From a virus (lineage: Duplodnaviria > Caudoviricetes), in IMG/VR virus record IMGVR_UViG_3300034026_000014, positions 1-59,191 of that record: a stretch of DNA of 59,191 nucleotides. One strand, given 5' to 3'. A model generated the notes under the pieces. It was not told the origin of the DNA. It did no database searches and was given only the letters and a program-made list of their open reading frames with translations. Position numbers and translations under genes: made by a program. This document shows positions 37,752-48,800 of this stretch, piece after piece; the stretch's first letter is position 1; each line of letters starts with the position of its first letter.

Positions 37752-39188
37752 ATGAGCGAGAACGAGCAGCAGCAGCAGAACTGTGGCATCCCGCGCTGGA
37801 CGCCCGACCTCGACCTGGCGGGGTTCGACGTGCAGGCCGTGCTGCGTCAGGCGATGACGCAGAAGAAGAGCGCCTTCAAGGTGCTCAAGGCCGCCGGCTA
37901 CCCAGTCCAGAAGTTCATTTCTAACGAGACACTCTCGTTCAAGGCCGCCGGCACGGGCGACGAAGAAGTCGCCTGCGTCACCCTCACGGCCTCGTCCACG
38001 GCCGACGACCTCGCCGACGACGACTTCGCCGAGAGCGCCATCGAGCAGATGCGCGCCCAGGCGAAGGGCATGTGCGTTTTCCTCAACCACAGCTACGTGC
38101 TGCCCGAGGACCTCTTCGGCACGGTCGAGGACGTCATCGTCGAGCGGCGCAAAACTCACAACCGCATCAGCGGCGCCGAAGAGCAGCACCTCTGCCTCGA
38201 CCTCCGCATCCGCCCCGTCTCCGAGGAGGAGAACCCGCGGGGCTTCAGGGTCTACAAGATGATCCGTGACGGGCGCCGCAAGCTCGGCAGCTCGGTCACC
38301 GTGCTCGTGCTGCGCTCGAAGAAGAAGGCGAGCGGGGGGAAGCACATCACGGACGTCTTCCTCGTCGAGGACTCTATCGTCGGCATCCCCTGCAACCAGA
38401 CAGCCTGGACGCACGACACCGAAGGCAAGTCCGCCGGCCTGACGGGAGGCGGTGAAGAACAGACGGAAGGGACAGTCATGAGTGAAGAGACGACGGCCGT
38501 TCAGGCGGCCACGGACCAGACCCCCGCCCCGGCGGGCGCGCAGAAGGCCGCCGCGCCGGCGGAGCGGAAGCAGTTCGAGCGCGGCCTCTTCAAGGGCCTC
38601 TTCCAGGACGAGGTTGACGAGCGCGTCAACTCCGTCAGCTTCATCGTGGACCGCCTCATCGGCGCGCTCTACGAGTGGAAGCAGCGGGAGGCCGACGACG
38701 CCGCGCTCGACGAGCTGCTCGCCGAGTTCACCGCCGCGATGAAGGTGGCGATGGCGCGCGACGAGAACGCCGAGCCCTACATGGTCTTCTACTCGCTGAA
38801 CCGCGCCGCCTTCGAGCAGGTGTCGAAGGCTGGCGCTCGCAACGGCGAGGCCAACCTGGCCCTACTGGAGAAGATGCACGACACGCTCGCCGGGCTGGGC
38901 GTCGAGTGCGAGAGAGTTCACGGCGGGGAAGGCGACGCAGCCGCGAAGTCGGCGTCAGCCGCCTCCCTGGCCGAGGCGACGAGCAAGGCGGCCGAGCTCG
39001 AAGTCAGGGTGACGGCCCTGACCGCCGAGAAGGCCGCGCTGGACGAAGGACTCCGGAAGGCGCTCGACACGGTCGAGTCGCTGGAGGAGCAACTTGGGGT
39101 TGAGAAAGCCACCAGCCTGGCCGCTGTGACGGCGCTCGAACGGTACGGCCGCGAGCCTCTGCCACGCGCGGGCGTGAGCGTCAGCTGA
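37752..39188 (+). CDS. Prohead protease with scaffold-like C-terminus
   Basis: FLNH, GSSV and EDSIVGIPCN match HK97-type protease patterns; coiled-coil tail. Confidence 0.8.
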   Translation: MSENEQQQQNCGIPRWTPDLDLAGFDVQAVLRQAMTQKKSAFKVLKAAGYPVQKFISNETLSFKAAGTGDEEVACVTLTASSTADDLADDDFAESAIEQMRAQAKGMCVFLNHSYVLPEDLFGTVEDVIVERRKTHNRISGAEEQHLCLDLRIRPVSEEENPRGFRVYKMIRDGRRKLGSSVTVLVLRSKKKASGGKHITDVFLVEDSIVGIPCNQTAWTHDTEGKSAGLTGGGEEQTEGTVMSEETTAVQAATDQTPAPAGAQKAAAPAERKQFERGLFKGLFQDEVDERVNSVSFIVDRLIGALYEWKQREADDAALDELLAEFTAAMKVAMARDENAEPYMVFYSLNRAAFEQVSKAGARNGEANLALLEKMHDTLAGLGVECERVHGGEGDAAAKSASAASLAEATSKAAELEVRVTALTAEKAALDEGLRKALDTVESLEEQLGVEKATSLAAVTALERYGREPLPRAGVSVS

Positions 39189-39240
39189 CCCTTAAGGACT
39201 GACTAACCACAAATTCTTTCAGAGGAGACTGACGCACATC

Positions 39241-40698
39241 ATGAGTGAAGTGAACCGTAACGAGCCGAGTCCGCTGGAGCGGCTCGATGTCATCACGAAG
39301 CGGCTGGCCGGCGGCGACGCCGCCGCGGCCGCCGCCAACCCGACCGAGCAGCCCGCGCCCGAGAGCAAGGACGCCTCGGCGGCGGCCGACGCCCGCCTTG
39401 AGCAGACCTCGCGCGTGGGCCTTGCCAGGGGCCTGGAGCGCCTCGCGCGCGCGTCGAAGAACTTCCGCCACCTCGGCGCCGACCGCGTCCTGGACGACCC
39501 GCGCGCCTTCCTGCGGCAGAAGAACGCCGCCGGCGCCTTCGTCGTGCAGGACCACGAGCTGGAGGTGATGATGCAGACCCTGCTCGCGCAGAAGGCGAGC
39601 GACGACGTCACGCCGGTCTCCGACGAGGTGCGCACCGGCTTCCTCTCGGCGGCCTCCAAGGGCGCCTTCGGCGCGCGCAGCGAGGTGCTCAGCCGCGCGC
39701 TCGACACGGGCGGCTCGGGCGCGACGCTCATCCGCACCGACCTCGACCCCTTCCTCTGGGAGTCGTACCTGCGCACGTTCCCCGTCGCCGAGCGCTTCGC
39801 GCGCGTCCCGGCCAACGGCCTGAAGCACACCTACGAGGTGCGCACGGCCATCCCCGACGGCTCGACGACGAACGACATCGGCGACTTCTCGGGCAACTTC
39901 TCGAACTCGACCTTCGTGCGCGAGGAGTCCACCCGGATCGCCATCATCGTCTCGCCCGTCGCCATCGGCCTCAAGCTGGCGCTCGCCGTCCAGCAGTCCG
40001 GCATGGGCTTCAACCTCCAGGGCTCGGACAACCTGGAAGTCATGGGCGCGATGCGCGGCATCGCGCGCAAGAAGCAGACGCTGCTCTGCCAGGGCAACAG
40101 CTCCACCGCCGCGCAGACGCTCGACGACGAGGACGGGCTGTACGTGGCGACCGACCACGACGGCCTGCGCACGCTCCTGAAGGGCGGCTCCACGTCGCTC
40201 ACGAAGGACGACGCCCAGTCGTACCGCCGCACGCTGCGGCGCGTCTCGGCGCAGATCCGCAACGCCGGCGGCGAGGCGCGCAACATCATCGTCCTCGTCT
40301 CGGAGGGCGTCGCCATCGTCATCGACGAGGAGCTGGAGGAGTTCTACCGCATCACGAACGGCCGCCCCGGCGGCGGCGTGGACACGAACCTCTCCGCCAA
40401 CGGCATCCGCCTCGGCAGTGACGTGCTCTCCGAGATCGTGCCCGTCCCGGCCGACGCCCAGAACCGCGGCCTCGGCCACTACACCTTCGGCGGCAACCCC
40501 ACCGAGGACATGTACGTGCTCGACGCCACCGGCGTCCGCATCCCGTACCTCGGGAGCCCGACCCCGTCCATCCTCGAGCTGCCGATGGGCTTTGACCTGA
40601 AGCTGGCGCGCACCTTCGTCCCCTTCGAGATGTCGGGGCTGATGGTTCACGTCAAGGGCTTCCACCGCAAGGTGCGCGTGCCGAAGCAGACGGTCTAA
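39241..40698 (+). CDS. Major capsid protein
   Basis: Position after the protease, strong RBS, high codon bias, DHDGL motif, hairpin after the stop. Confidence 0.8.
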   Translation: MSEVNRNEPSPLERLDVITKRLAGGDAAAAAANPTEQPAPESKDASAAADARLEQTSRVGLARGLERLARASKNFRHLGADRVLDDPRAFLRQKNAAGAFVVQDHELEVMMQTLLAQKASDDVTPVSDEVRTGFLSAASKGAFGARSEVLSRALDTGGSGATLIRTDLDPFLWESYLRTFPVAERFARVPANGLKHTYEVRTAIPDGSTTNDIGDFSGNFSNSTFVREESTRIAIIVSPVAIGLKLALAVQQSGMGFNLQGSDNLEVMGAMRGIARKKQTLLCQGNSSTAAQTLDDEDGLYVATDHDGLRTLLKGGSTSLTKDDAQSYRRTLRRVSAQIRNAGGEARNIIVLVSEGVAIVIDEELEEFYRITNGRPGGGVDTNLSANGIRLGSDVLSEIVPVPADAQNRGLGHYTFGGNPTEDMYVLDATGVRIPYLGSPTPSILELPMGFDLKLARTFVPFEMSGLMVHVKGFHRKVRVPKQTV

Positions 40699-40810
40699 CC
40701 CCGGGGCCGAACCCGGCGGGTGTTCAACGGGGGACGCCCGGCGCGCGACTGCGGGGAGCGCGCCGGGCACGTCCCGGAAGTCAACAGTTCTAACGGCAGG
40801 AGAAACGGTC

Positions 40811-41089
40811 ATGGGCAGAGTGGGCGAGAAGAACGTGGGCGCCAGCCATGGCGGCCAGCCCGGGCGGGACGGCGGGCAGGGCCAGGCGGCCGAGGTGAAG
40901 AAGGGTGTCCTCGACGGGGCGCAGCTCACCTCCGGCGCCAGGCTGCGGGTCGGCGGCGGCTTCAGAGGTTACTACCGCGACGCCCAGTTCGGCGACGACG
41001 GCGTGAGCGTGGGGGCGGTCTCGGCCGAGACCGAGGCGGCTCTGCGCTCGCAGTTCCCCAACGCAGAGATTGCGGCCGTCGAAGGCTAA
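40811..41089 (+). CDS. Small head-associated hypothetical protein
   Basis: RBS AGGAG; follows the capsid gene. Confidence 0.6.
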   Translation: MGRVGEKNVGASHGGQPGRDGGQGQAAEVKKGVLDGAQLTSGARLRVGGGFRGYYRDAQFGDDGVSVGAVSAETEAALRSQFPNAEIAAVEG

Positions 41090-41149
41090 GCCCGCCCCCG
41101 CGCGGGGGCGTCACCGTAGGACAAAACTTGCATTCACGAGGATTCGAGC

Positions 41150-41707
41150 ATGAAGCACAGATTGAGCCCGGCGGCGCCTTTGCTGGCCGCCGCCCTCTTC
41201 GTCATCACGGCGCTGAGCACGTTAACCGGCTTCGAGCCGCGCGCGGGCGCCCAGTCCGCCGGCGACCCGCAGCACGTCGTCGCGGTCGCCTCCGGGCCGA
41301 AGCTGCCCTCCAGCTGTAGCCCGACCTCGGGCAAGGTCTACTTCAACCTGACAGTCGCCGCCTCGGGGCGCGCCGTCGGCCTTTACCGCTGTAGCGCAAA
41401 GGACACCTGGACCGGCCCCGGCGTCTTCGCCAACGTCTACAAGGGAAGCGCCGCGCTCGATTTCGGGGCGACGGCCGCGGGCTCCTGCGACGCGCTGACC
41501 ATCACTGTCACCGGCGCCGCGTCGGGCGACGTAGTCTCCCTGGGCATCCCGGCGGCGCTCGCGGGGGCGGACTCCTACCAGGAATTCTGGGGCTATGTCT
41601 CCGCGAGCAACACCGTCACCGTCAAGCGCTGCAACCCGACGAACTCGACCACGGCACTCTCGAACCCGGCCGCCGCGACCGTGACGGCCGTCGCCACGCG
41701 CCCGTAA
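41150..41707 (+). CDS. Signal-peptide-bearing decoration-like protein
   Basis: Signal peptide to AGA-Q; LPSSCSP..G.VY...YRC...TWT module; ITVTGAASGDVV...YVSASNTVTV beta domain. Confidence 0.65.
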   Translation: MKHRLSPAAPLLAAALFVITALSTLTGFEPRAGAQSAGDPQHVVAVASGPKLPSSCSPTSGKVYFNLTVAASGRAVGLYRCSAKDTWTGPGVFANVYKGSAALDFGATAAGSCDALTITVTGAASGDVVSLGIPAALAGADSYQEFWGYVSASNTVTVKRCNPTNSTTALSNPAAATVTAVATRP

Positions 41708-41711
41708 CCGG

Positions 41712-42377
41712 ATGCCGCTCGAACTCGACAACATCCTCGGAGCGCTCTACCTGAGCCCGGAAGACTTCAGGAAGCGCGCGAGCGCCTTCGGCGCTCGCGT
41801 GGCCCTGCCCGAGGACGAGGACGAACTGAAGGCGCACCTGGCCGGCGCCTCGCGCGCCATCGACGCCTTCTGCGGCCGCCCCTTCTCCCCCGAGGCGGTC
41901 ACCGAGACACACCGCCTCGACGCCGAGACGCGCCGCGTCTCGGTGAACCGCCCGCCGGTGTTGGAACTGACGGGCTTCACGATCCTCTCGGGGCCAGACC
42001 GCTCCTTCGCGGTCGAGACCTCCCAGGTCTTTGTCAACCGACAGGAGAACTACCTGGAGGTGGTGAGTTGGGGCGCGCTCATCGGCCTGGCCGCCGGCGC
42101 CGGCTCGCTCGGCATCATCGAGCCGCAGGCCGAGGTCACCTACAAGAGCTACCAGGACGTGCCGCAGGCCGTGGCCGCCGCCTGCGGTTATGCCGCGGCG
42201 AAGTTCATGAACCAGGCTTACGCCAGCGGGCAGCTGCCCGACGGCATCCAGCGCGTGAGGCTGGGCAACAGTTTCGAGATCACGCGCGGCGCCGTCGGCT
42301 TCGGCGCGGGCGAGATCGAACTGCCGGCCATCGCCCAGTCACTGCTCGCGCAGTACAGGCGCATCGCCGTCGGATGA
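41712..42377 (+). CDS. Head-tail connector/adaptor
   Basis: ASRAIDAFCGR, VPQAV..AC, LLAQYRR pattern; position. Confidence 0.75.
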   Translation: MPLELDNILGALYLSPEDFRKRASAFGARVALPEDEDELKAHLAGASRAIDAFCGRPFSPEAVTETHRLDAETRRVSVNRPPVLELTGFTILSGPDRSFAVETSQVFVNRQENYLEVVSWGALIGLAAGAGSLGIIEPQAEVTYKSYQDVPQAVAAACGYAAAKFMNQAYASGQLPDGIQRVRLGNSFEITRGAVGFGAGEIELPAIAQSLLAQYRRIAVG

Positions 42378-42381
42378 AGTC

Positions 42382-42765
42382 ATGAGTACCTTGGGGGCGC
42401 TATTTACGGGGATGGCAAGGCTGGCGGGCGACCTCATCAACTCGATGCCGTTCCGCTGCTTCGTCGAGGAGAAGCAGCTCGTCTCGGACGGGCACGCCGG
42501 GAAGCAGGGCGAGTGGGCGGCGACGACTCAGGAGGCGCTTCCGTGCAACTACCTGCCAGAGTCGGGCTCGGCCCACGTCGAGGGCGACGTGCCGAAGTCG
42601 AAGACGGTTGTCACCGTCATCCTCAAGGCGGGGGCCGGGGTCACCGGCTCCATGCGCATCCGGCTGCTCGCGCACGCCGGCGAACCGGAAAGGCTGATCG
42701 AGGTCAAGAACGTCCTGCCCGCCGACGGGGTACTCGTCCAGGTCGTGGGACTGACGAACATCTGA
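42382..42765 (+). CDS. Head closure / head-tail joining protein
   Basis: SDGHAG...W beta-rich pattern; position. Confidence 0.65.
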   Translation: MSTLGALFTGMARLAGDLINSMPFRCFVEEKQLVSDGHAGKQGEWAATTQEALPCNYLPESGSAHVEGDVPKSKTVVTVILKAGAGVTGSMRIRLLAHAGEPERLIEVKNVLPADGVLVQVVGLTNI

Positions 42766-43166
42766 TGCCTTCAAAGCTAGTCAGTAACATCCCCGGGATC
42801 GTCGCGCGGATGCGCGCGGGCGCCGCGCGCGTGGCGCGCAAGTCGGCCTCGAACATCGCCGCCGACGTCAGGACCAGCATGGGTGGCCACAAGCACGGCC
42901 GGGAGTACACGCGGCGCGGGAAGAAACATCGGGCTTCCGCCCCGGGCGAAGCCCCCGCCATCGAGACGCCGGAGGGCGGGTACGCTCAGACGGTCCGCAC
43001 CGCGAAGGTGGACGAGTTGACGTTCGCGGCCGGGACGGACGACCCGCGCGGCCCCGCGCTGGAGCTGGGGGGCGGCCGCGTCGCGGCCCGCCCGCACTTC
43101 GGCCCCGCCTTCGAGCGGGAGGCCGAGAATTTCGGCGAAGGTTTGAAAGGGCTCTTTGAGGGGTGA
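42765..43166 (+). CDS. HK97 gp10-like neck/tail protein
   Basis: ASAPGEAPA, LELGG..VAARPHFGPAFE; TGATG coupling. Confidence 0.75.
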   Translation: MPSKLVSNIPGIVARMRAGAARVARKSASNIAADVRTSMGGHKHGREYTRRGKKHRASAPGEAPAIETPEGGYAQTVRTAKVDELTFAAGTDDPRGPALELGGGRVAARPHFGPAFEREAENFGEGLKGLFEG

Positions 43167-43597
43167 GCAACGTACGCGAGGCGCTGTGCAAGGCGATCCA
43201 GGGTGACACGGGCGTCGGCCGCGTCATGGAGCTGGCGAAGGACGTCTACCCGAAGTCCCCTCCGGAGGGCGTCAACGAGTATCCCTTCGTCGTCGTCGCC
43301 GCGCACCGCGCACCGCGCGGTGAATTCACCTTCGGCGGGCTCGACCACGAGGAGTCCATGTACCTGGTCAAGGCCGTGGACGAGAGCGACTCGCCGGCGC
43401 GCGCGGCCGAGTTGAAGAAACGCATCCGCGCGCTCCTCGACCCCGACGGCACCGGCGATGCCGAGCTGGAGGTCGAAGGTCACGGCACACTCTTCGTCTC
43501 GTGGGTGCAGGACGTCGAGTACGACGAGACGGCGGAGGGCGGCACCAAGTACCAGCACGAGGGTTGCATTTTCGAAATCTGGGTGGAGCCTAATTAA
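43163..43597 (+). CDS. Tail completion/terminator protein
   Basis: VYP..P....YPFVVV pattern; position. Confidence 0.7.
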   Translation: MSNVREALCKAIQGDTGVGRVMELAKDVYPKSPPEGVNEYPFVVVAAHRAPRGEFTFGGLDHEESMYLVKAVDESDSPARAAELKKRIRALLDPDGTGDAELEVEGHGTLFVSWVQDVEYDETAEGGTKYQHEGCIFEIWVEPN

Positions 43598-43599
43598 TC

Positions 43600-43788
43600 A
43601 TGGCGAGCCGAACAAACAAAACGAAAGAGCAGCAGCCGGCCGAGGTCTTCGTCGTGGTGAATCCCATCACGTTCGGCGACCCCGAGGTCCGGCACGAGGC
43701 GGGCGCGGAAGTGACGGACGTCCCTGCCGCGTCCGCCGTGTGGCTGCTGGAGCAGGGGCACATCAAGCGGAAGGGCGGTGAGCGGTAA
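43600..43788 (+). CDS. Small virion-module protein
   Basis: WLLEQGHI motif; position. Confidence 0.6.
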   Translation: MASRTNKTKEQQPAEVFVVVNPITFGDPEVRHEAGAEVTDVPAASAVWLLEQGHIKRKGGER

Positions 43789-44525
43789 TGGCCAAGCACG
43801 GGCGCCACGTCAGAATCTTCTTCGAACAGTTCCGCCTCTCCGCGCACATGCACTCGTTCTCGCTCACGCACGAGGCGCCGGCGGAGGAGTGCACGGTCTT
43901 CGAGTCGGTCACCAAACAGTTCACGCCCGACGCCGCCGGCGGCAACGCGAGCTGCGAGGGCTACTACCGCGGCACGGAGGAGGACGCCGACGCTTACCTC
44001 GGCGAGGCCCTCGGCTCCGACACGCAGGCGAACCTGATGATCGCGCCCGAAGGCTGGTCGGCCGTCGGCAAGCGCGTCTTCATGATGCTCTGCGACGTGA
44101 CGAAGAAGTCGGCGAAAACGATAGCGACCGCGCTGGTCTCCATCTCGGCCGACTTCCTCTCCTCGTCGGGCGTCAACACGGGCGTCATCCTGCACCCGCG
44201 CGAGGCAGAGGCGGCGACCGGGGCGGAAGGGACCTATCACGACCACGGCGCGGCCACGGCCAACGGCGCGGTGGCGCAGCTCCACGTCGAGGAGGCCAGC
44301 GAGGTCGGCGACGAGTCCCTGGTCTCCGTCGTGCAGCACTCGGCCGACCACGCGGTCTGGGTCGACCTCATCACCTTCGACGCGGCCTCCGCCCCGGGGA
44401 CGCAGCGCAAGAGCGTCGCGGGCGCGGTGAACCGCTACACGCGCGAGCGCCACGCGGTGGCAGGCTCCGCGCCGTCGTTCACGTACGCGGTCGGCTTCAG
44501 CCGGCTGAAGCCTTCACAGGTCTGA
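43788..44525 (+). CDS. Tail-tube-like protein with an extra C-terminal domain
   Basis: Starts MAKHGR and aligns by eye with 44590-45024. Confidence 0.6.
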   Translation: MAKHGRHVRIFFEQFRLSAHMHSFSLTHEAPAEECTVFESVTKQFTPDAAGGNASCEGYYRGTEEDADAYLGEALGSDTQANLMIAPEGWSAVGKRVFMMLCDVTKKSAKTIATALVSISADFLSSSGVNTGVILHPREAEAATGAEGTYHDHGAATANGAVAQLHVEEASEVGDESLVSVVQHSADHAVWVDLITFDAASAPGTQRKSVAGAVNRYTRERHAVAGSAPSFTYAVGFSRLKPSQV

Positions 44526-44589
44526 GGCGCCGCCCGCCGCTGCCGGCGGCGAGTTCTGCGGCTAGTTCAATTTAAGGAGTAGAGACGAC

Positions 44590-45024
44590 ATGGCGAAACA
44601 CGGCCGCAAGGCCCACATCGAGCTGGACAACCTGGCCGGCGTCCTGACCAACATCACGCGCAAGTCCACGTCCATCAACCTCGACCGCGACGTCGAGAGC
44701 GAAGAGACGACCGCCTTCGAGGCCACGAACAAGGAGTGGACGCTCGGCTTCAAGGACGCCAAGGCGACCCTCGAGGGCAACTCCGACGCCGCCATCGCGC
44801 AGCAGCTCAACGAAATCCTCGGCGAGACCGAGCCGACCGGCGGCGCCGCCGAGGAGGGCTTCGACATCGTGTGGGGCCCCGAGGGCAACGCCGCCGGCAA
44901 GCGCAAGTACTCGGGCAAGGTCTACGTGACCAAGTTCACCGAGAACGTCGGGGCCAAGAGCAGCAACAAGTTCACCGCCGAGGTGCAGTTCGTCTCCGAC
45001 CTCACGGTCGGCGTCTACGCCTAA
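44590..45024 (+). CDS. Major tail tube protein
   Basis: EETTAF...GFKD...GPEGN..G..KYSG siphovirus tube pattern; strong RBS. Confidence 0.8.
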   Translation: MAKHGRKAHIELDNLAGVLTNITRKSTSINLDRDVESEETTAFEATNKEWTLGFKDAKATLEGNSDAAIAQQLNEILGETEPTGGAAEEGFDIVWGPEGNAAGKRKYSGKVYVTKFTENVGAKSSNKFTAEVQFVSDLTVGVYA

Positions 45025-45144
45025 CGGGACCGTCGGCCGGCGGCCCCCTGTTAAAGGGCCGCCGGTCCCGGCGGGCGGGCGGCGCGGGGCGAAGTGCTCC
45101 GCGCCCGCGCCGCCCCTCATTTAAGTAAGCAGACAGGAGCACAC

Positions 45145-45528
45145 ATGCTGGACTTAGAGATCATCAAGGAGAAGCCGGAGGAGCTCACATTCGAGTTCGC
45201 CGGCGAGAAGGTGACGGGGACGTGTTACCCGTTCAAGGTGACCCCCACTTACCTGGCCGAGCTTCGTAAGTTGTCGGGCAGGGCCGCGCCGGCCGCGGAA
45301 CAGGCAGCCGAGGGCGAAGGTCAGCAGGCTGAGACGCCGGTCAAGAGCTCCGACGCTCAGATGATCCACGAGATCGTCGGCGGCTGGGACGTGGTCGCCG
45401 GTGGCAAGCCGTTCCCGCCGACGATCGGGAACCTGCTAGGTGCGCCCATCTCGTTCCTGGCGGCGACGGCGCTGGCCATCCTTGAACTGGTGGGAAAGCT
45501 CTCGACGACGAGCGAGTCGAAGAGTTAG
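45145..45528 (+). CDS. Tail assembly chaperone (gpG-like)
   Basis: Between tube and tape measure; ends shortly after the slippery site. Confidence 0.8.
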   Translation: MLDLEIIKEKPEELTFEFAGEKVTGTCYPFKVTPTYLAELRKLSGRAAPAAEQAAEGEGQQAETPVKSSDAQMIHEIVGGWDVVAGGKPFPPTIGNLLGAPISFLAATALAILELVGKLSTTSESKS

Positions 45529-45758
45529 CCATCTACCTGGCTACCTCGGGAGAAGAGGGGACTCTCCACCCCCTCTACCCGCTCGTCAGGGCCGCCAAGT
45601 ACTTCGGCGTCGGGCCCTGGGAGCTCTACGCGCAGGGCGACCACTGGATCAGCCTCGGCCTGGCCTTCGAGAAAGCGGACGCGCGCGCCGCCGAGATAGC
45701 CCGCGAAGAAGAGGAGGCGGGCAAAAAGAAGGACGAGGACGACGAGGACGACGAATGA
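45492..45758 (+). CDS. -1 frameshift extension (gpGT-like) from slippery G GGA AAG
   Basis: GGGAAAG at 45492-45498 is the lambda G-T heptamer; the -1 frame is open for 88 codons (…AAKYFGVGPWEL…). Confidence 0.8.
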   Translation, partial: GKALDDERVEELAIYLATSGEEGTLHPLYPLVRAAKYFGVGPWELYAQGDHWISLGLAFEKADARAAEIAREEEEAGKKKDEDDEDDE

Positions 45759-45823
45759 GTGAGACGCCGGAGGATGAAGGATGAGGCTTCACCCTCCGGC
45801 GTTCGGCCTTCCGGCCTGAATGT

Positions 45824-48800
45824 ATGGCGCTCGACCTGTTCAAGCTCTACGGCGAAGTGAGCATCACCGGCCTCGACTCGGCCGAGCGGGGACTCGTGCG
45901 CCTGGAGGGCAGGGCCAAGGGGACGGCCAAAGGCTTAGACCAGGCGGGCGGCTCCGCGCGCAGGCTGACGAAAGACCTCGCCGCCGCCGGGGCCCAAGGG
46001 TCCATCGTCGGCCGGGCGCTGGAAGACCGGCTGGGCGGCGTCGCCTCGCGCGTCCCGCTCATCGGTCAGCCGCTGGCAGAGGCGACGCGCGAGATGTTCA
46101 ACCTCGGCACGGCCTCCGAGAAACACCTGGGCGGCATCGTCAGGGACGCGGAGCGCGCGGCCCAGAAGCTCGCCCTCGCCCAGGCCCAGGCCGCCAAGGT
46201 CAGGGACACCCTCGCAACGCGCCGGTCTGATTTCGGGGAGAACCTGAAGATCAATTACGGGGGGAAGCTCGACCCCGACTTCCTCCTCCAGTTCAGGCAG
46301 GCCGAGGACGCCGCCCGCCGCCTCCAGCTGCTGACCGAGAAGGGCATTGACCCGTCCTTCATGACGAGGGTGGAGCGGTCGGCGTTCCAGTTCTCGAAGC
46401 TGGAGCGCGACGGCGTCAAGGCCGTCACCGCCGTCGAAGACAAAGTGGGTCAGGCGGCGACGGCCCTGGCCGGCTACGAGGCGGCGGCCGAAGGGGCGGC
46501 CGCCGGGACGGGCGCGCTGGCCGGCGCGAGCGCCGGCGTCGTGGTCGGCGTCGGGCTGGTGGCCGCCGCCGCCATCGCGTCCGGCGCGCTGGTCCTCAAG
46601 AGCGCCAAGGACTACAGCGATTACGCGGGCGCGATTAAAGACGTCGCCCAGGAGAGCGGTCTCGCCGCGCCGACGGTCTCCACCGTCGGCGCCTACGCGC
46701 GCCTCGCCGGCACCGAGGTCGGCCGGGCGGCCTCCGCCGTGGAGGTCTACTTCAAGAACATCTCCTCGGCGGCACACGGCAACCGGGAGATGTCGAAGAC
46801 TTTCGAGCGCTTCGGCATAGACGCGAAGAAGGCGCTCACTGACCCGGACCAGGCGGCGCGCGATCTGTTCGACCACCTGGCGAAAATCCGGAACCCGGCA
46901 GAGCGCCTCGAAGTCGCGTTCGGCCTCGCGGGTAAGAGCGGAAAGGTGCTCGCCAACATAGCCCAGGAGATGGGCGGGAGCTTCGCCGACGCCGAGCGCG
47001 CTGCGCACGAGTGGGGCGTCGTGCTCTCGGACGAGGACGTCGAGGCGGCCGACAAGTTCGGCGACGGCCTTGAGGTCCTGAAGATGAGGGCCGAGGGCGC
47101 CCTCTACCGCATCGGGAAAGTCGCCATCCCGGAGTTGCAGCACGACATCGAGAGCCTCTCGGCGACATTTATTTCGAACAGGGGTGTGGTCGAGGGGTGG
47201 GGCGTCGGGGTGGTGGACGTGATGCGCGGCGCCCGCCTGGCGGTCGAGTCGGACGTCGGCGCGATGATCGCCAAGGTCCTGTATTTCTCCAGCATCCTCG
47301 GACAACTCGGCCAGCTCAAGGCGGCGGCGCCAGAGTGGGCCTCCGAGGGGGGCATCGCCCTACTCAACCCCGCGTGGGCGCTCGCGCGCAACCTCGGGCG
47401 GGCCGGCGCAGCGGACCGCGCCCTCGATCAGGACTTGGCGAACGAGACCGCCCGCCTGCAATCAAAGAACTCCGGAGCGGTCGCGCCGCCGGCGGGCATC
47501 CCCCACGTCGGCGGCGGCGGGGGCGGCCGGAAAGGGGGCGGCGGCAAAAAGTCGAAAGACCTCACCTCCCTCTACGAGGCGCTGAGCGACGCCGAGGCGG
47601 GGCGCCTCATGGCGGGCCTCACGTCCGACGTGACGAAGCTCAAGGCCGGGCTCGACGCGCAGCAGTCGGTGCTGGACGCCGGCCTGCGCGCGCAAACCGT
47701 CAGCGTGCGCGACTACTGGGAGGAGCGCGAGCGCATCACCCTGGCCGGGCTCGACGCCGAGATCACCTTACTCCGCAGTCAGAAGCGCTCCGCGGCCGAA
47801 GGGTATCAAGAGAAGTTCGCGGCCATCGGCGCCGACAAGAAGCTCTCGGCCGAGGAGCGCACGCTGAAGCAGCAGCAGGAGTCGGCGCGCTGGGCGGAGA
47901 AGAACTACCAGCTCGAAGGGCAGATCGCCGAGGCGGTCGAGCGCCGCTCGGCGGCGATGAAGACCATCCCGCTCGAGGCGGCCGCGGCCGCGCGCGAACT
48001 CGAGAAGACGATGTCGGGCGTGCGGGCCGACTTCCTGGAGGCCGGCGGCGACACGGTCGGGGCCGCCTACGCGCGCATCGCCGACAAGTTCCGGGAGATG
48101 CACGAAGTGGCGCGCGCCAACGGCCAGCTCTTCCCCGACGCCGACAAGTGGGTCACGGCCCTGGAGCGCTCTGAGAAGCTGGCCGCCAACCTCGCCCGCC
48201 TGGGCGAGCGCGCCGACTTGGGGCGCGGCCACCTGAGCCTGGAGACCGCCCGCATCCAGGACAGGATTACCGACGGCGTCGTGAGCGAGCGCGAGGGGCG
48301 CCGGCAGATTTACGAGCTGGAGCTGAAGTACCGCGACTTGCTGCGCGGCGTTCTGGCCGAGTCCCTGGCGGTGGCGAAGGTCAAGGGGGACGAGAAGGCG
48401 ATCCTCTCCATCGAGGAGCAGATCCGTGAGACCGAACGCCTCGGGCACGTCATAGATTCCACCAAGGCGAAGGCCCGGGGCATCTTCGAGGGGGCCTTCT
48501 CACACGGACTGGATGAGTTAAAGGGCGGGCTCGGGCACGCCGCCGCGACATTCGGCATAGACCTCGTGGACGCCGTGAAGCGGGAGATGGACGCCCGGCT
48601 GACGAAGGTCATCAGCGAGGCGCTCTTCGGCAAGAACGATGAGTTCGGGTCGGATTCGGGGCTGATCGGGAAGGCGCTTGAAAAGATCGGGCTCGGCGGC
48701 ATCTTCGGCGGTAAGGGAAAAGGGAAGACCGAAGACCCGAGCGCGAAGGTCAGCGCGACGCTGGAGAAGACCGCGCAGGAGACGCAGGGCGCCTTCGAGC

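Noticed and set aside
45492-45498. Tail chaperone -1 frameshift as a novelty
   Set aside because: Real but well known (lambda G/GT); listed as a feature only
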